From the human T2T-CHM13v2.0 reference genome, Homo sapiens, in the NCBI RefSeq assembly GCF_009914755.1, contig NC_060948.1: a stretch of DNA of 64,000 nt; one strand, written 5' to 3'. Below, piece after piece: positions 43,961 through 64,000 of this stretch. Within the stretch, counting starts at the first letter, position 1, and the number at the start of each line of letters is the position of its first letter. Both the position numbers and the translations under genes were made by a program. The notes beneath the pieces were generated by a model that had not been told where the DNA came from, ran no database searches, and saw nothing but the letters and a program-made list of their open reading frames with translations.

Positions 43961-44484
43961 ACATATGACTGAATCTACCACTAAGGCAGGAATGGAGGAG
44001 GAGAGCAGCTAAGATCAGCATGTTCATGAATTGCCTGGTATTAACTATAATTACTTAACCAAAAAGTCCAGATATTTATACACACATTTAAATGGCCTTG
44101 CCTTTCAGTCTTCCTAATTTTCTCTAATATTGCCCAATTTTCTTTTTCAGTTCCTTCATCTTCCAACTTCTTCTCACTAGTAGGCTCTTCTTTCATCTCA
44201 TAGTGATCTAAGTCTTCTATATCCTGCAAAAAGAAGAAAAATATTAGCCAATTCAACCCACTTTCCTTCAGCAGTTTCTTATGCCAAAACTTAAATTATT
44301 CTTGACTCGGTGGGGGACAAGAAACAGAATATATCTATCCTATGGGGAGAGAGAAAAAGCCCCCACATTCCATTCAAGAGGCTCCCACCTTTTATATCCT
44401 GTAATTTATTTAAAAGCTAGACTCTGGGGAAAGCAGATTTAAAAGCTTTACAAAGTCACACCTATTATGAAATAAGCCATCATT

Positions 44485-44808
44485 TATTTATTTACTTCTT
44501 TAATTTATTTTATTTTTTTTTGTACGATAGAGTCTCACTCTGTCATTCAGGCAGGAGTATAGTGGGGCAATCTCTGCTCACTGCAACCTCTGCCTCCCAG
44601 GTTCAAGTGATTCTCATGCCTCAGTCTCCTGAGTAGCTGGGATTACAGACGTACACTGCCACGCCCAGCTAATTTCTTTGTATGTTTAATAGAGACAGGG
44701 TTTCAACATGTTGGCCAGGCTGGTCTCAAACTTATGACATCAAGTGATCTGCCCACCTCAGCCTCCCAAAGTGCTGGGATTACTGGCATCAGACACCACG
44801 CCCAGCCA
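44485..44808 (-). mobile_element. AluS
   Basis: Alu body, flanked by aagccatc on both sides. Confidence 0.9.
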
Positions 44809-45342
44809 AGCCATCTTTTAAATCTCTTCTCAAGAGGAACCTTTGAAACAGTTTAGCAGCAGGTGTCAAGAACCTTAAGTGTTCATAGTTTGTTCCAGAT
44901 ACTCGACCTCTAGAACTGTATTACAAGAAACTAGTCTAAGATGTAAACACAAATTTAGGCATAAGGATACCTATTTCAACCTTGCAACCACAAAAACAAA
45001 CACAAAATCTGCATGTGCAAAAATAGCAAAACAGTTAATTCAATTCCATGAACTATTAAGAAGCCACTGAAATATCAACACAGCATAATTTCTCCTGTAT
45101 CGAAAAACTTTGAAATGAAAAATGGATTACACAAAGGAATAGAAAGAATTTCAATTATGCTGAAATAAGCACAGAAAAAGACGAGAAGAACTTATATTGA
45201 AATCTTAATTTCAATTAATTTTAGTTGTTATCTCTGGAGACATTTGGTGCTTTACCCTAATTTCCAAGTTTATGGTTTTATGTAGTAAGCACCTATTGAT
45301 GCTAATGACTTAAAAATAAGTTAGAAAAAGAATTTGATGTCA

Positions 45343-45450
<108 letters not shown>

Positions 45451-46475
45451 TCAAAAACTAATAATAATTTCAAAAGAATTTGAATAATACCCCGCAGAAC
45501 AACATCTTTATTCACATCATTCTGCTCCCTCCCTTCCCATACTATCTGTTCTTACATATATACAAACATATGCAGAATTGTTTAAATCCTAACTTTTTTC
45601 AATTACCTTATATTTCTACTTCAATTGCCAAAATCTCTAAAGGGGTAGTTTATGTTTATCTCGATTTTTTTTCCCAAGCCAGCTAATTCACCGATTTCTA
45701 GACCAGACTACTGAATACCTTCACTCAAACTCTGCCCATGAGTCTGTACTTCATGGAGCTCCCTTCTCCCTGTGTGCACTTTTCAGCCCTGATCTTCTAC
45801 CCACATTTGTTTTCCCCACAATGCTCACAAATGCCTTTGGCCTGTATTTCCACCTGTACCTTCAACCTCAGTCATGTTCCCATCCACAAAACTTCTCCAC
45901 CTAAGTATTAATCAGCACATCCCAAACAGAATTCAACATATCTTTCTAAAACAATATTCTCAGCACATGATTCCCTGCTTAAGGCCTTCTTATCAACAAA
46001 CATACCAAATAGAAACATGCCTGTCTCAAATTCAAGACTTCTATCCATCTGTCTTTTCTGGACAATCTTGCTTTCCATGACTTCAACACATCAACTTTCC
46101 TTCTCAAAAGAAAAGCATCCAGTGCACCCAAACACACCATGTCCAAAGTTGCTCTGGGCCTGTTCCCACATTATTTTAGGAGCCTAGAATATCTGCTTTT
46201 CACCTGTCCTAATCTGACAACTCCGAAGTCCAGTCTCCTACCTTTCTAGATTTCCCTCAAAGTTGCGGTGCCTTGTTTTTTATCTTGTGAAGGGAAAATG
46301 AAAGTGTTCATGAACTTTAGTACAATGGCTGCCTGACCTATGGAAAAGGTTTAATGTTTTCATGCAGTTTATTCCATCTAAGCTAAACTGCATAAAAACA
46401 TTAAAACAGACTTTCATTCTAATTGGACAATTTTAAGAAGTATTTTACTCCCAGACTCATAAAACAAGCCTACAG

Positions 46476-46785
46476 CCAGGCACAGTGGCACACACCTGTA
46501 ATCCCAGCACTTTGGGAGGCTGAGGTGGTGGATCACTTGAGGTCAGGAGTTCAAGACCAGCCTGGGCAACAAAGTGAGACTCAAACGCTAAAATAAAAAA
46601 TAAAAATAAAATAAAATAAAATAAAATAAAATAAAAAAATTAGCTGGACGTGGGGCACCGGCCTGTAGTCCCAGCTACTCAGGAGGATCGCTTGAACCCA
46701 GGAGTTCAAGGTTACAGTGAGCCATGCCAGCGCTACTGCACTCCAGCCTGGGTGACAGTGAAACCCTGTCTCAAAAAACAAACAA
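46476..46785 (+). mobile_element. AluJ/S with expanded middle (aaaat)n tract
   Basis: Alu dimer. Confidence 0.85.
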
Positions 46786-47091
46786 AAGGAAGACTACAAC
46801 ACTACTTTTTTAGTTCTGAAGCACTCTAAAGTACATTTTAGATTAATAATTTCCAAACCAAGAAAATGAAAGCCTAAATTAATTATAAGACCTCAAACAG
46901 AAAAAAATCTTTTAAAACAATCGATACCATGGAATTTACATACATTCTATTTGGTCAATGCAGAGACATAGATCTTTGTTCTGAAGTTCAAATTTAAATG
47001 TAAGGCTTCAGAGCCAGAAAACATCTAAAATTATACCCATGACTGACAACTGGCCTAGGCTCAATGTCTTTGGAATTTGCTCTACTAAATT

Positions 47092-47432
47092 TGCTACTGT
47101 TTCAATGTATTCCCTCCAAAATTCAACTGTTGCCAATGTGATGATATTAAGAGGTAGGACTTTTAATAGATGATTAGGCCAAGAGGGCTCCTTTCTCCTT
47201 CATGGGATTAAGGCCCTTATGAATGAGGCTTCACACATTGGACCAGCTTGCTCTCCTGCCCTTCTGCCTGCTACCATGTGAGGATAAAACAAGAAGGTCC
47301 TGAGACACCAAATGTTGATATTTTCATCTTGGATTTCCCAGACTCCAGAACTGTCAGAAAATAAACGACTGCTCTTCATAAATTACTCACTCTCTGTTAT
47401 TCTGTCACAATACTATGAAACAGACTAAGACA
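47092..47432. mobile_element. MaLR LTR (MST-like)
   Basis: tccctccaaaattca...ttaagaggtaggactttt...ttggatttcccagactccagaactgt...aacagactaagaca. Confidence 0.7.
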
Positions 47433-47829
47433 AATTTGTTTGAATGATTTTTCAGCAAGAGACAGTTTCACTACTTCTGGCAGGTAGTCTCTAAAATATT
47501 CTGAAATTCTCCTTTTATGCAAACATAAAATTTTTTAAACTCAGTAGTGTCTCTTCCAAAAAATAACCAAATACAGGTTAAGTACTGATTAGTATTAAAT
47601 ATAATTTTAGTGTTAAAACTTAAGAGCTTTTGTTTTCCAGAAAATAAAATCCAAGAATTCAGATAAAAAAAATTTGCACAAAGGCATATCATGAGTTAGA
47701 GGTAAAGCCAGAATTTATAAATTACATTCCATTCCAAATAAGATGTGCTTTCAATTATTCCATATTAATAGTTATTTATAAAGGAGATTAGAGAATTACT
47801 CAAATGACCAAAAGAGAAGATATTTATGA

Positions 47830-48111
<282 letters not shown>

Positions 48112-49187
48112 TGCTCTGATTTTTAGAGTTTCCAGTTTTTCTGCTCTGTTTTTTCCCAATCTTTGTGGTTTTATCTACCTTTGGTCTTTGATGACGGTGA
48201 CATACAGATGGGGTTTTGGTGTGGATGTCCTTTCTGTTTGTTAGTTTTCCTTCTAACAGTCAGGACCCTCAGCTGCAGGTCTGTTGGAGTTTGCTGGAGG
48301 TCCACTCCAGACCCTGTTTCCCTGGGTATCAGCGGCGGAGCCTGCAGAACAGCAGATATTGGTGAACAGCAAATGTTGCTGGCTGATTGTTCCTCTGGAA
48401 GTTTTGCCTCAGAGGAGTACCCAGCCATGTGAGGTGTCAGTCTGCAGCTACTGGGGGGTGCCTCCCAGTTAGGCTATGTGGGGTTCAGGGACCCACTTGA
48501 AGAGGCAGTCTGTCTGTTCTGAGATTTCAAGCTGCGTGCTGGGAGAACCACTATTTTCTTCAAAGCTGTCAGACAGAGATATTTAAGTCTGCATAGGTTT
48601 CTGCTGCCTTTTGTTTGGCTATGCCCTGCCCCCACAGGCAGAGTCTACAGAGGCAGGCAGGCCTCCTTGAGCTGCAGTGGGCTCCACCCAGCTCGAACTT
48701 CCCAGCCACTTTGTTTACCTACTCAAGCCGCAGCAATGATGGGCTCCCCTCCCCCAGCCTCACTGTCGCCTTGCAGTTTGATCTCAGACTGCTGTGCTAG
48801 CAAAGAGTGAGGCTCCGTGGGTGTAGGCCTTCCAAACTAGGTGTGTGATATAATCTCCTGGTGTCCCATTTCCTAAGACCGTTGGAAAAGCACAGTACTA
48901 GTGTGGGAGTGACCTGATTTTCCAGGTGCCATCTGCCAGCCCTTGCTTTGAATAGGAAAGGGAATTCCCGGACCCCTTGTGCTCCCTGGGTGAGGTGATG
49001 CCTCGCTGTGCTTTGGCTCATGCTCAGTGCACTGCACCCACTGTCCTGCACCCACTGTCTGACACGCCCCAGTGAGATGAATCCAGTACCTCAGTTGGAA
49101 ATGCAGAAATCCCCTGTCTTCTGTGTGGCTCATGGTGGGAGCTGTAGACTGGAGCTGTTCCTATTCAGCCATCTTGGCTCCACCCCC
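48112..49187 (-). mobile_element. Primate L1PA 5' UTR plus start of ORF1, 3'-truncated at the junction
   Basis: Minus strand starts gggggtggagccaagatggctgaataggaacagctccagtc (YY1 site at 49168-49177); RKTNKQKGHPHQNP... segment; cut just inside ORF1. Confidence 0.92.
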
Positions 49188-49763
49188 GTTCTCTAACTTT
49201 TGACAGAAAAGTGTTTGGAATCAGAGTTTTTATCTAATTTTTCAGATCCTACACTGCCACCTAGTAAGATAGGATTTTTCTCTGTGTAGAGCCTTGTCAG
49301 CCCTTTGCCCAAAACGTCTAGTTTCTAACTTTCTCTTCCTCCCATGTCCCGCTAATAATTATAAGACTCTATGTCCCATCTGTAAGCAGAAAATCTCCAC
49401 TTTCAACAGTCAAAAAGAAGCTGCCCTTGAGAGACAAATTCCAACCTCATTGCTGAAGTTTTTATAAAAGAAGGAAAAGAATGGAATCTCTTTTTTTTTT
49501 TTTTTTTTTTTGAGGCAGCTGTTCTACATCCAGCTACATTGATATCTAAATAAGAAGAGAATGTTAATTTTCAAAGTCAGTCCCTATTATTTACGAGGAT
49601 GTCAATGTTTTGCTAGGACCACAGTAAGGGAAGCCAGGGATAGTATAAAGACTCAAACTCTATTAAAGACTCTTGCTGCCATCTAACTACTGCATAATCT
49701 CTCTTAAGCTTCCCACATACCTGGAAGGTTTTGGGTTGAATGGGCTTAGGAGACAAACAACGA

Positions 49764-49765
49764 AT

Positions 49766-49823
<58 letters not shown>

Positions 49824-50300
49824 ATTTTACATATGTGTGAGGAATTATATATATATAAACATATATAGACATACATATATACACATATATACATATACAC
49901 ACACGTGTGTATATGTATATATGTGTGTAATATATATGTTTGTATGTGTATATATAAACACATTTATAGACAGAGCATGCATATATATGTAAATATACAC
50001 ACTCACTTATATGTGTGTCTGTATGTGTGCATATATGTGTGTATATATACACGTGTTATATATACACATACATATGTGTATGTGTATACGTATATACCTA
50101 CATATACACATACCATCTATACACACATACCAGAGTGTATATGTGTACATCCAGAAACTCTGGGTATTACATATGTGCATATTACATATGTGCATATTAC
50201 ATACATATATGTACACACATACATATGTGTGTATGTGTATATGTATATATATACACACATATAGAGATATATATACACATATACATATACATATGTATCA
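49764..50300. repeat. ~540-bp TA/TG/CA alternating purine-pyrimidine tract including a pure (TG)n
   Basis: Directly visible; explains the low-complexity ORFs at 49613-50338. Confidence 0.95.
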
Positions 50301-50339
50301 ACACAAGTGTAAGGTTTCAGCAAAATTTTAGTATATAAA

Positions 50340-53300
50340 AGCAGACCGATTTGCCAGCAAGTTGCTACATGATTTGAGAGCTATTAATGCACAGATTAAA
50401 TCAATGGGTGCATTACAGCAAGGTCTGCCGTTCCTGGCAGCCATTCCAAGTGACTCACCTCCCATCGTAGCAGATCTCAAAGATTATTTCCTTACTGTAC
50501 CCTTACATGAGAAGGATAAGCAAAGTTTCACCCCAAAGCATGCTCACCGGTCCTACGCTATTTCAGCGTTTTGTAGGACAGTCCTTAAAGGAGCCTCGTA
50601 ATATATTTCCTACTGCCTACATAATTCATTATATGGATGAAATTCTTTTGGCTGCTCCAATGGAAGAGTTATTACACCAATTGCTGAGAGAAGCAAAACA
50701 GGGGGACATCTCAAAATAGTTCAACAAAAGGTAGAAGCAACCTCCCCATACCAATACTTAGGCACTATTGCTACTGAAACAAATGTTTGACCTCAGAAAG
50801 CAGTCCTCTGTAGGGACAGATTACAAACCTTCAGTGATTTCCAACAACTATTAGGAGATATAAATTGGCTGTGCCCAATCCTAGGTATTGCTACTCATCA
50901 ACTCAAACACTCAGGCACTCCATGGAAATTCTTCATTAGGAGCAATGGGCTTAGGAGACAACCCAGTTGCTGGTTTGTCTAAGGAGGCTGAAGCTGAGTT
51001 ACAGCTTGTAGAGTAGATTCTTCAGCAAACACATGCCTCCTGGCTACAGCCACAAAATCCCTTGGTTCCCTTTTTTCTCTCTACCCCCCATTCTCCAACA
51101 GGACTTTTAGGCCAGATCATAGAAAAATATGTAATTGTAATAGAATGGCTTTGTTTGAAATTCAATCAGAGAGTAAAATCTCTGCAAGTTTATCTTTCTT
51201 TAACTACTCAGTTTATAACAAGGGGTAGGGATAGATCAAAAATGCTTAAGAGATATGATCCACACAAAATTATTGTTCTCCTTTTAGAGCCAGTCTACAA
51301 GTATGAGGAGAAATATTGGATTCCCAGCAACAGGCTGCAGCATGGGAAATGTTGACTGTGTGGCAAATTGCTCTTTCAGGTTGTGTAGGAATAATACATA
51401 AACATTATCCCTCAGACAAAATTTTGCAATTTTAAAAATTCAGCCTTTCATCTTCCCTGTGATTCCTCATCACAAGCCCATTTCAGGCAGCCAGACCTAT
51501 TTTACTGGTGGCTCTTCCAAAGGTCGCAAAGCTACTTATGGTACTAAGCATGCTCAAACAATAAAAAACCCCGGAGTTTCAGATCAACGCTCAGAACTAA
51601 TGGCAGTTATGCAGGTTTTAGAGCTCACTGGTTCATCTCTTATTAACACTCTCTGTCATTCAGCCTATGTTGTAAATGTAGCCAGTCATATTGGGACGAC
51701 CACTATTAAAAGCACCCTGGAACCAGAGCAGTTTAACTTGTTTCTAAGACTTTAACAAGCTGTTTGCTCTTGTGCTGCTTTTTATATTTCTTATATTTGC
51801 TCTCCCACACAACTCCCTACACCACTATTTCTAGGTAACAATAGAGCCAATAAATTGGTTTGTTCTGCATTTCAACAAGCTCAACCTTCTCATATATTAC
51901 TGCATCAAAACTCTGCCTTTACTCGTATGTTTCATTTGCCTCACAGCCAGGCTGCAGCCTGTACAAGCCTGTCCTGCTTGCCAGCATGTCACTGGAGTCA
52001 CACTCACAGAAGGCTGTAACCCATGAGACTTAGCTTCAAATGAAATCTGACAGATGGATGTTACTCACAAAGCTGCCATTGGTAAGTTCTCCTTTGTTCA
52101 TGTGACTACAGACACTTATTCTCATATGCGGCATGCTACATGCAAACCAGGTCACACAGCTGGTTATGTGTGATGACATTGTCTGTCATCATTTGCTCAT
52201 ATCGGGGGGTCCCTAAACAATTAAAAACTGACAATGGACACACTTATGTTAGTCATGCTTTTTAAAATTTTTTACAGCTATGGTCAGTCACTCATAAAAC
52301 AGGAATTCCTTACAAACCCCAAGGACAAGGAATTATAGAGCGGGCAAATCAAACATTACAAGGTGTGCTGAAAAAAACCGAAAGGGGAAACAAGAGATCA
52401 GTTACCACCTCAAACAAAATACATTTACTTTTACTTTAATTAATTTTTTTACTTATTTACTTTAATTTTTTGACTCCTGGCACAGATAGTAAGACTATGG
52501 CAGAACGACACTGGTAAATGTCATAGGGAAAAAGTAAAGTATACCCAAAAATATTATGAAAATCCCCCTAAGGACGATGGAAATGCTCAGGAGATTTACT
52601 GATGTAAGGATGAGGGTATGCTTGTGTTTTTACAGGAGACGGATAATCTGTGTGGGGTGCCTTCAATGTGTTTGTGACCATGTAAAGGAAGACTGGAGAG
52701 AGCCATGGATCCCAACTATGAATCCGACTCCTCCATTACAAGGCATGAGTCAGTTGAAATTGCTGGAGCACCAGGGTCAGGCAAACACCCCCGATGTCAC
52801 GTTTATGGCCATGCTACCTGCAACATCCTGTGCAGTAGGTTTTCCTTGTGCAGAGACAAAAACATATTGGGCCTATATTCCCAATCCCCCAGTATTATGG
52901 ACTGTAATTTGGAGTGACACTCCCCCTGACATCTATCATGATCATGAAGCATGGGCACCAGGACCCCTAACACCCCCTGACAAACAGTTATTAGACTCTC
53001 AGAACAATGATTATCAATTATGCTGCTCCATTGGAGGGACTTCCTTCATGAGTCACACAGCGTACATCACTCAACTGCAGTGGCCTTGCAAATTAATCCC
53101 AAGTATGGCTGACTTACCATCGAAAAAAAATATGTACCTATTAGGCCTTAGCTCTATTACCATTACCGGTGTAGCTACTAATCTCTCCCAGCCCCATCCC
53201 CCAAATCGTATTAATTATACAGAATGAGCTCTCTTTGATAATTCTTACCCCCCCCTCCTTGGACCCAGTGTCTTGGTGCCCTAGCTAGACAAGAGTACAT

Positions 53301-54536
53301 GCTAATCGGAGACATTATTTTCTAGGTCCCTGTGGTCATTTAGATGGGAGAGATGAGAATCCGACCTCATGGCATAAACTTCGCTGACACTGGTCAGCAT
53401 CTCTTCACTGCATTGCGCTGGGATTCAATCCCAATCTGCAGCAAGTTTAACTTGGCATGGAACAGGCTTTAGCCCAACTTTGCCTCAATGGCATTACCAA
53501 GGAAAGAGAGGTCCAACTCAGGAGTCGATAGGGAAGGCAGCACTCCACTATATGAATGGCAGCATTTGTGTCGGAACACTATCTAATTTTAATAATTGTG
53601 CTGAACACAGTTTTAATGTTACCGTTGTGGAAAACATTACCACTCAATTTACAATTTGTGTTTTTGAACTTATGTTTTTCTGGCAGCAAAGAGGACCAAC
53701 TCCAGGTAAACGATGCCCGATTGACTTGTGATTCCTGTCAACTGTATTATTCCCTTAATCATAGCACAGTACAAACATACAGCATATCCACCCTAGTAAT
53801 TCTAGGTCACAATCCCGGATTATGGATTCCTGTAAATCTGCCTGAGGCTTGGGTGGCCACCTCTGGTTTCCATTGTGTAAACTTTTTTCTTAGTCAGCTT
53901 ATTCGTTGTGCTTGTAGAGCCTTAGGCATGAAAATTTTTCTGAAAGTCTCCTTAGGTACATTAATAACTTCTGTTGTGGCGTCCTTAGTAGCAATGTACA
54001 GCTCCATTCAAATCACAGCTCAATATATAGAAAATTGGATGTGTACAGCCGACCAGGCATGGATGCTTAAAAATTAACTTAACACTGAGATACACATGGA
54101 AGTAGCAATGTTAAAGAATTAAAGATTACAGTTCTGTGGCTAGGAAACCAAGAACAAACTTGCAGTTGCGTCAGCAATTGCATTGTCATTTTAAGCATAC
54201 TCATATTTGTGTAACCAATTTGGAATAAAACCAAAGGGAATATCCATGGAAACTTCATTTACAAAGCAAAATTCTAAACTTGAAAAAGCATACTCAAGTA
54301 ATACAGCCATCTCTGAAAACTTGGGCAGAATTCCAGCAAGGTTTAGAGAGCCTTAGCGTTTGGACCTCCTCCAAACATCACCTAAATGTCTTTTTTGTGA
54401 TTATCAGAGTAACGTTTTGATGTCTCTCTTTTATGTTCATTGTCTGTAAAAGCAGCTGGACCACCAAACAGCAGTGGAGAGTTGCACAGCCTGCAATGAT
54501 CTTTACTCAATTAATGCAAAAATAAAAAGGAGGAGA
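50340..54536 (+). mobile_element. HERV-K(HML-6)/HERVK3-like internal region: defective pol (RT, RNase H, IN) and env; 5' LTR/gag/pro missing
   Basis: LHDLRAINAQIKSMGALQQGLP...DLKDYF, YIIHYMDEILLAA (YMDD>YMDE at 50630), RNase H QRSEL, integrase QMDVTH/KTDNG/TGIPY-PQGQGIIER remnants, env MLPATSCAV...KTYWAYIPNPP; many stops and frameshifts; PPT aaaataaaaaggaggaga at 54519-54536. Confidence 0.88.
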
Positions 54537-54984
54537 TGTTGGAGGCCAAAAGAATGAGGGTCGTGACCAACTCAGTAATGACTGGAGGGTCTATGAGCAG
54601 AGAGGAAACTGTTCTCATGAAAGCAGCATGTTGGCAACTGACACACCACGTCTGGTGTCAGAAGGAATGCTGAGGGCAGTCATGCCCCAAGCACAGTCTT
54701 TCTTGTGGTTATATATAGGAACATCTGAAGCCTGTAGTATATAGAAAGCAATTACATGAGCCTGTGATAAATCAAGCAGCTGACCAACAATTACCTTTCC
54801 TCCCTGTTGATTCTGCCTAATAAATATGAAGGCCTGTAGAAGCTCAGGGCCTTTGCTGATTAGAAGCAATGAGCCCCCGACCCTTCTTTTAAAACAGACC
54901 TTTTTTGTCTCTGTCTTCATTTCTGCATTCAACCCCCTTCGTTTCATCCCATGTAACGACATGTGGCAGTAACTGACTGCCACA
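54537..54984 (+). mobile_element. 3' LTR (LTR3-type)
   Basis: Starts TG right after the PPT (tgttggaggccaaaagaatgagggtcgtgaccaactcag), contains AATAAA ~54819, ends CA. Confidence 0.82.
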
Positions 54985-55230
54985 CCGTCTCTATTAAAAA
55001 TACAAAAAAAAAAAAAAAAAAATAGGTGGGCTTGTTGGCAGGCACATGTAATCCATGCTACTCCAGAACCTGAGGCAGAAGAATCCCTTCAACCCAGGAG
55101 ACAGATGTTGCAGTGGGCCGAAATCACGCCTTTGCACCCCAGGCTGGGTGACAACGTGTGACTCCATCTCAAAAAAAGCAGAAAACAAAAAAGAAGAAAC
55201 CAAAACCATACAAAACAAAACAAACAAAAA
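54985..55230 (+). mobile_element. 3' portion of an Alu interrupted by the provirus
   Basis: Begins mid-Alu at ccgtctctattaaaaatacaaaa directly after the LTR CA. Confidence 0.8.
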
Positions 55231-56009
55231 CTATGTTCTGGTTAAGAGAACTGAAAAAGCAAGCCTCAGGCTAAGAAAAATCTAGGAAACACATCTGAAA
55301 AGTGACTTCTATGCAAAATATACAAAGAAATAAGATGACCCAATTAATAAGTAGAGACCTGAGTAGATACATCACCAAAACAGATATGGAGATGGAAAAC
55401 CCGGTGCACAAAATACTGCTTGCTGAGCCCCTGTTACTTCTTCTGAAGGCTGAGGCTCCAAGCCATTTCCTGAGGAGCAACAGTGGCTGCCAGAGTGACA
55501 GTGGCTCCATAGATCATCCCCACCTACCCCAGCTCTACCTTTCTTCCAGGTTCCAAGGATTTCCCAGACATTGAGCATGCTCACGAGGAAAGAGCCAGAA
55601 GCTGGATATTTTATTTCACAACTTTTCTTAAAATTCTGGATGTCAACCAGTATCCTTTGGTTGGAAGTTTTATATTTATCCTAACAATCTTGAGGCACTG
55701 ACAAGTATTAGGAAAGATGATTTTCAACCTACGTTTGATTCCATGAAGAAATAAAGGAATTGGTGTGGCCAGGCATGATGGCTCACATCGGTAATTCCAG
55801 CAGTTTGGGAGGCTGAGCCAGGTGGATGTCCTTAGGTCAGGTGTTTGAGATCATCCTGGTCAACGTGGTGAAACAAACTCTCTACTAAAAATGTAAAAAA
55901 TTAGCCAGTACCGGTAGTGGTGTCTGGGTCCTGTAAACGCAGATCCTCAGGAAGCTAAGACAGGAGAATTGCATGAACCTGGGAAGCTGAGGTTACCAAA
56001 GCCGAGATC

Positions 56010-64000
<7,991 letters not shown>

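Noticed and set aside
49613-50338. Cluster of Tyr/Ile/His/Cys-rich ORFs
   Set aside because: Translations of the TA/CA microsatellite

Overview
Primate (almost certainly human) genomic DNA with no intact protein-coding gene. 1-48111 is a mosaic segmental duplication of the chromosome-15 'GOLGA core duplicon' type: CSPG4 exon remnants (+), the 3' exons of DNM1 (+), a multi-exon GOLGA6L-type pseudogene (-) with a ~3 kb retroposed insert right after its stop codon, and six UBE2Q2 exons (-), among many Alu/MIR/L2/MER repeats. At 48111/48112 an Alu and an L1 are both abruptly cut and the sequence changes to an L1 5' end, a long TA/CA tract, a decayed HERV-K(HML-6) pol-env-LTR and an L1PA3-like 3' end. 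From 61978 to the window end the sequence is the reverse complement of 56010-58032 (spacer 3,945 bp). The spacer and the implied arm (48112-58032 = 9,921 bp) match the sizes I recall for the chrY mini-palindromes P1.1/P1.2 nested in P1 (AZFc), so the window is probably human Yq11.23 (inference, not aligned). I see no new gene system. The most interesting signals are structural: both palindrome boundaries can be read from broken transposons, and an L1 promoter now sits head-to-tail upstream of the promoterless UBE2Q2P-GOLGA6L block.
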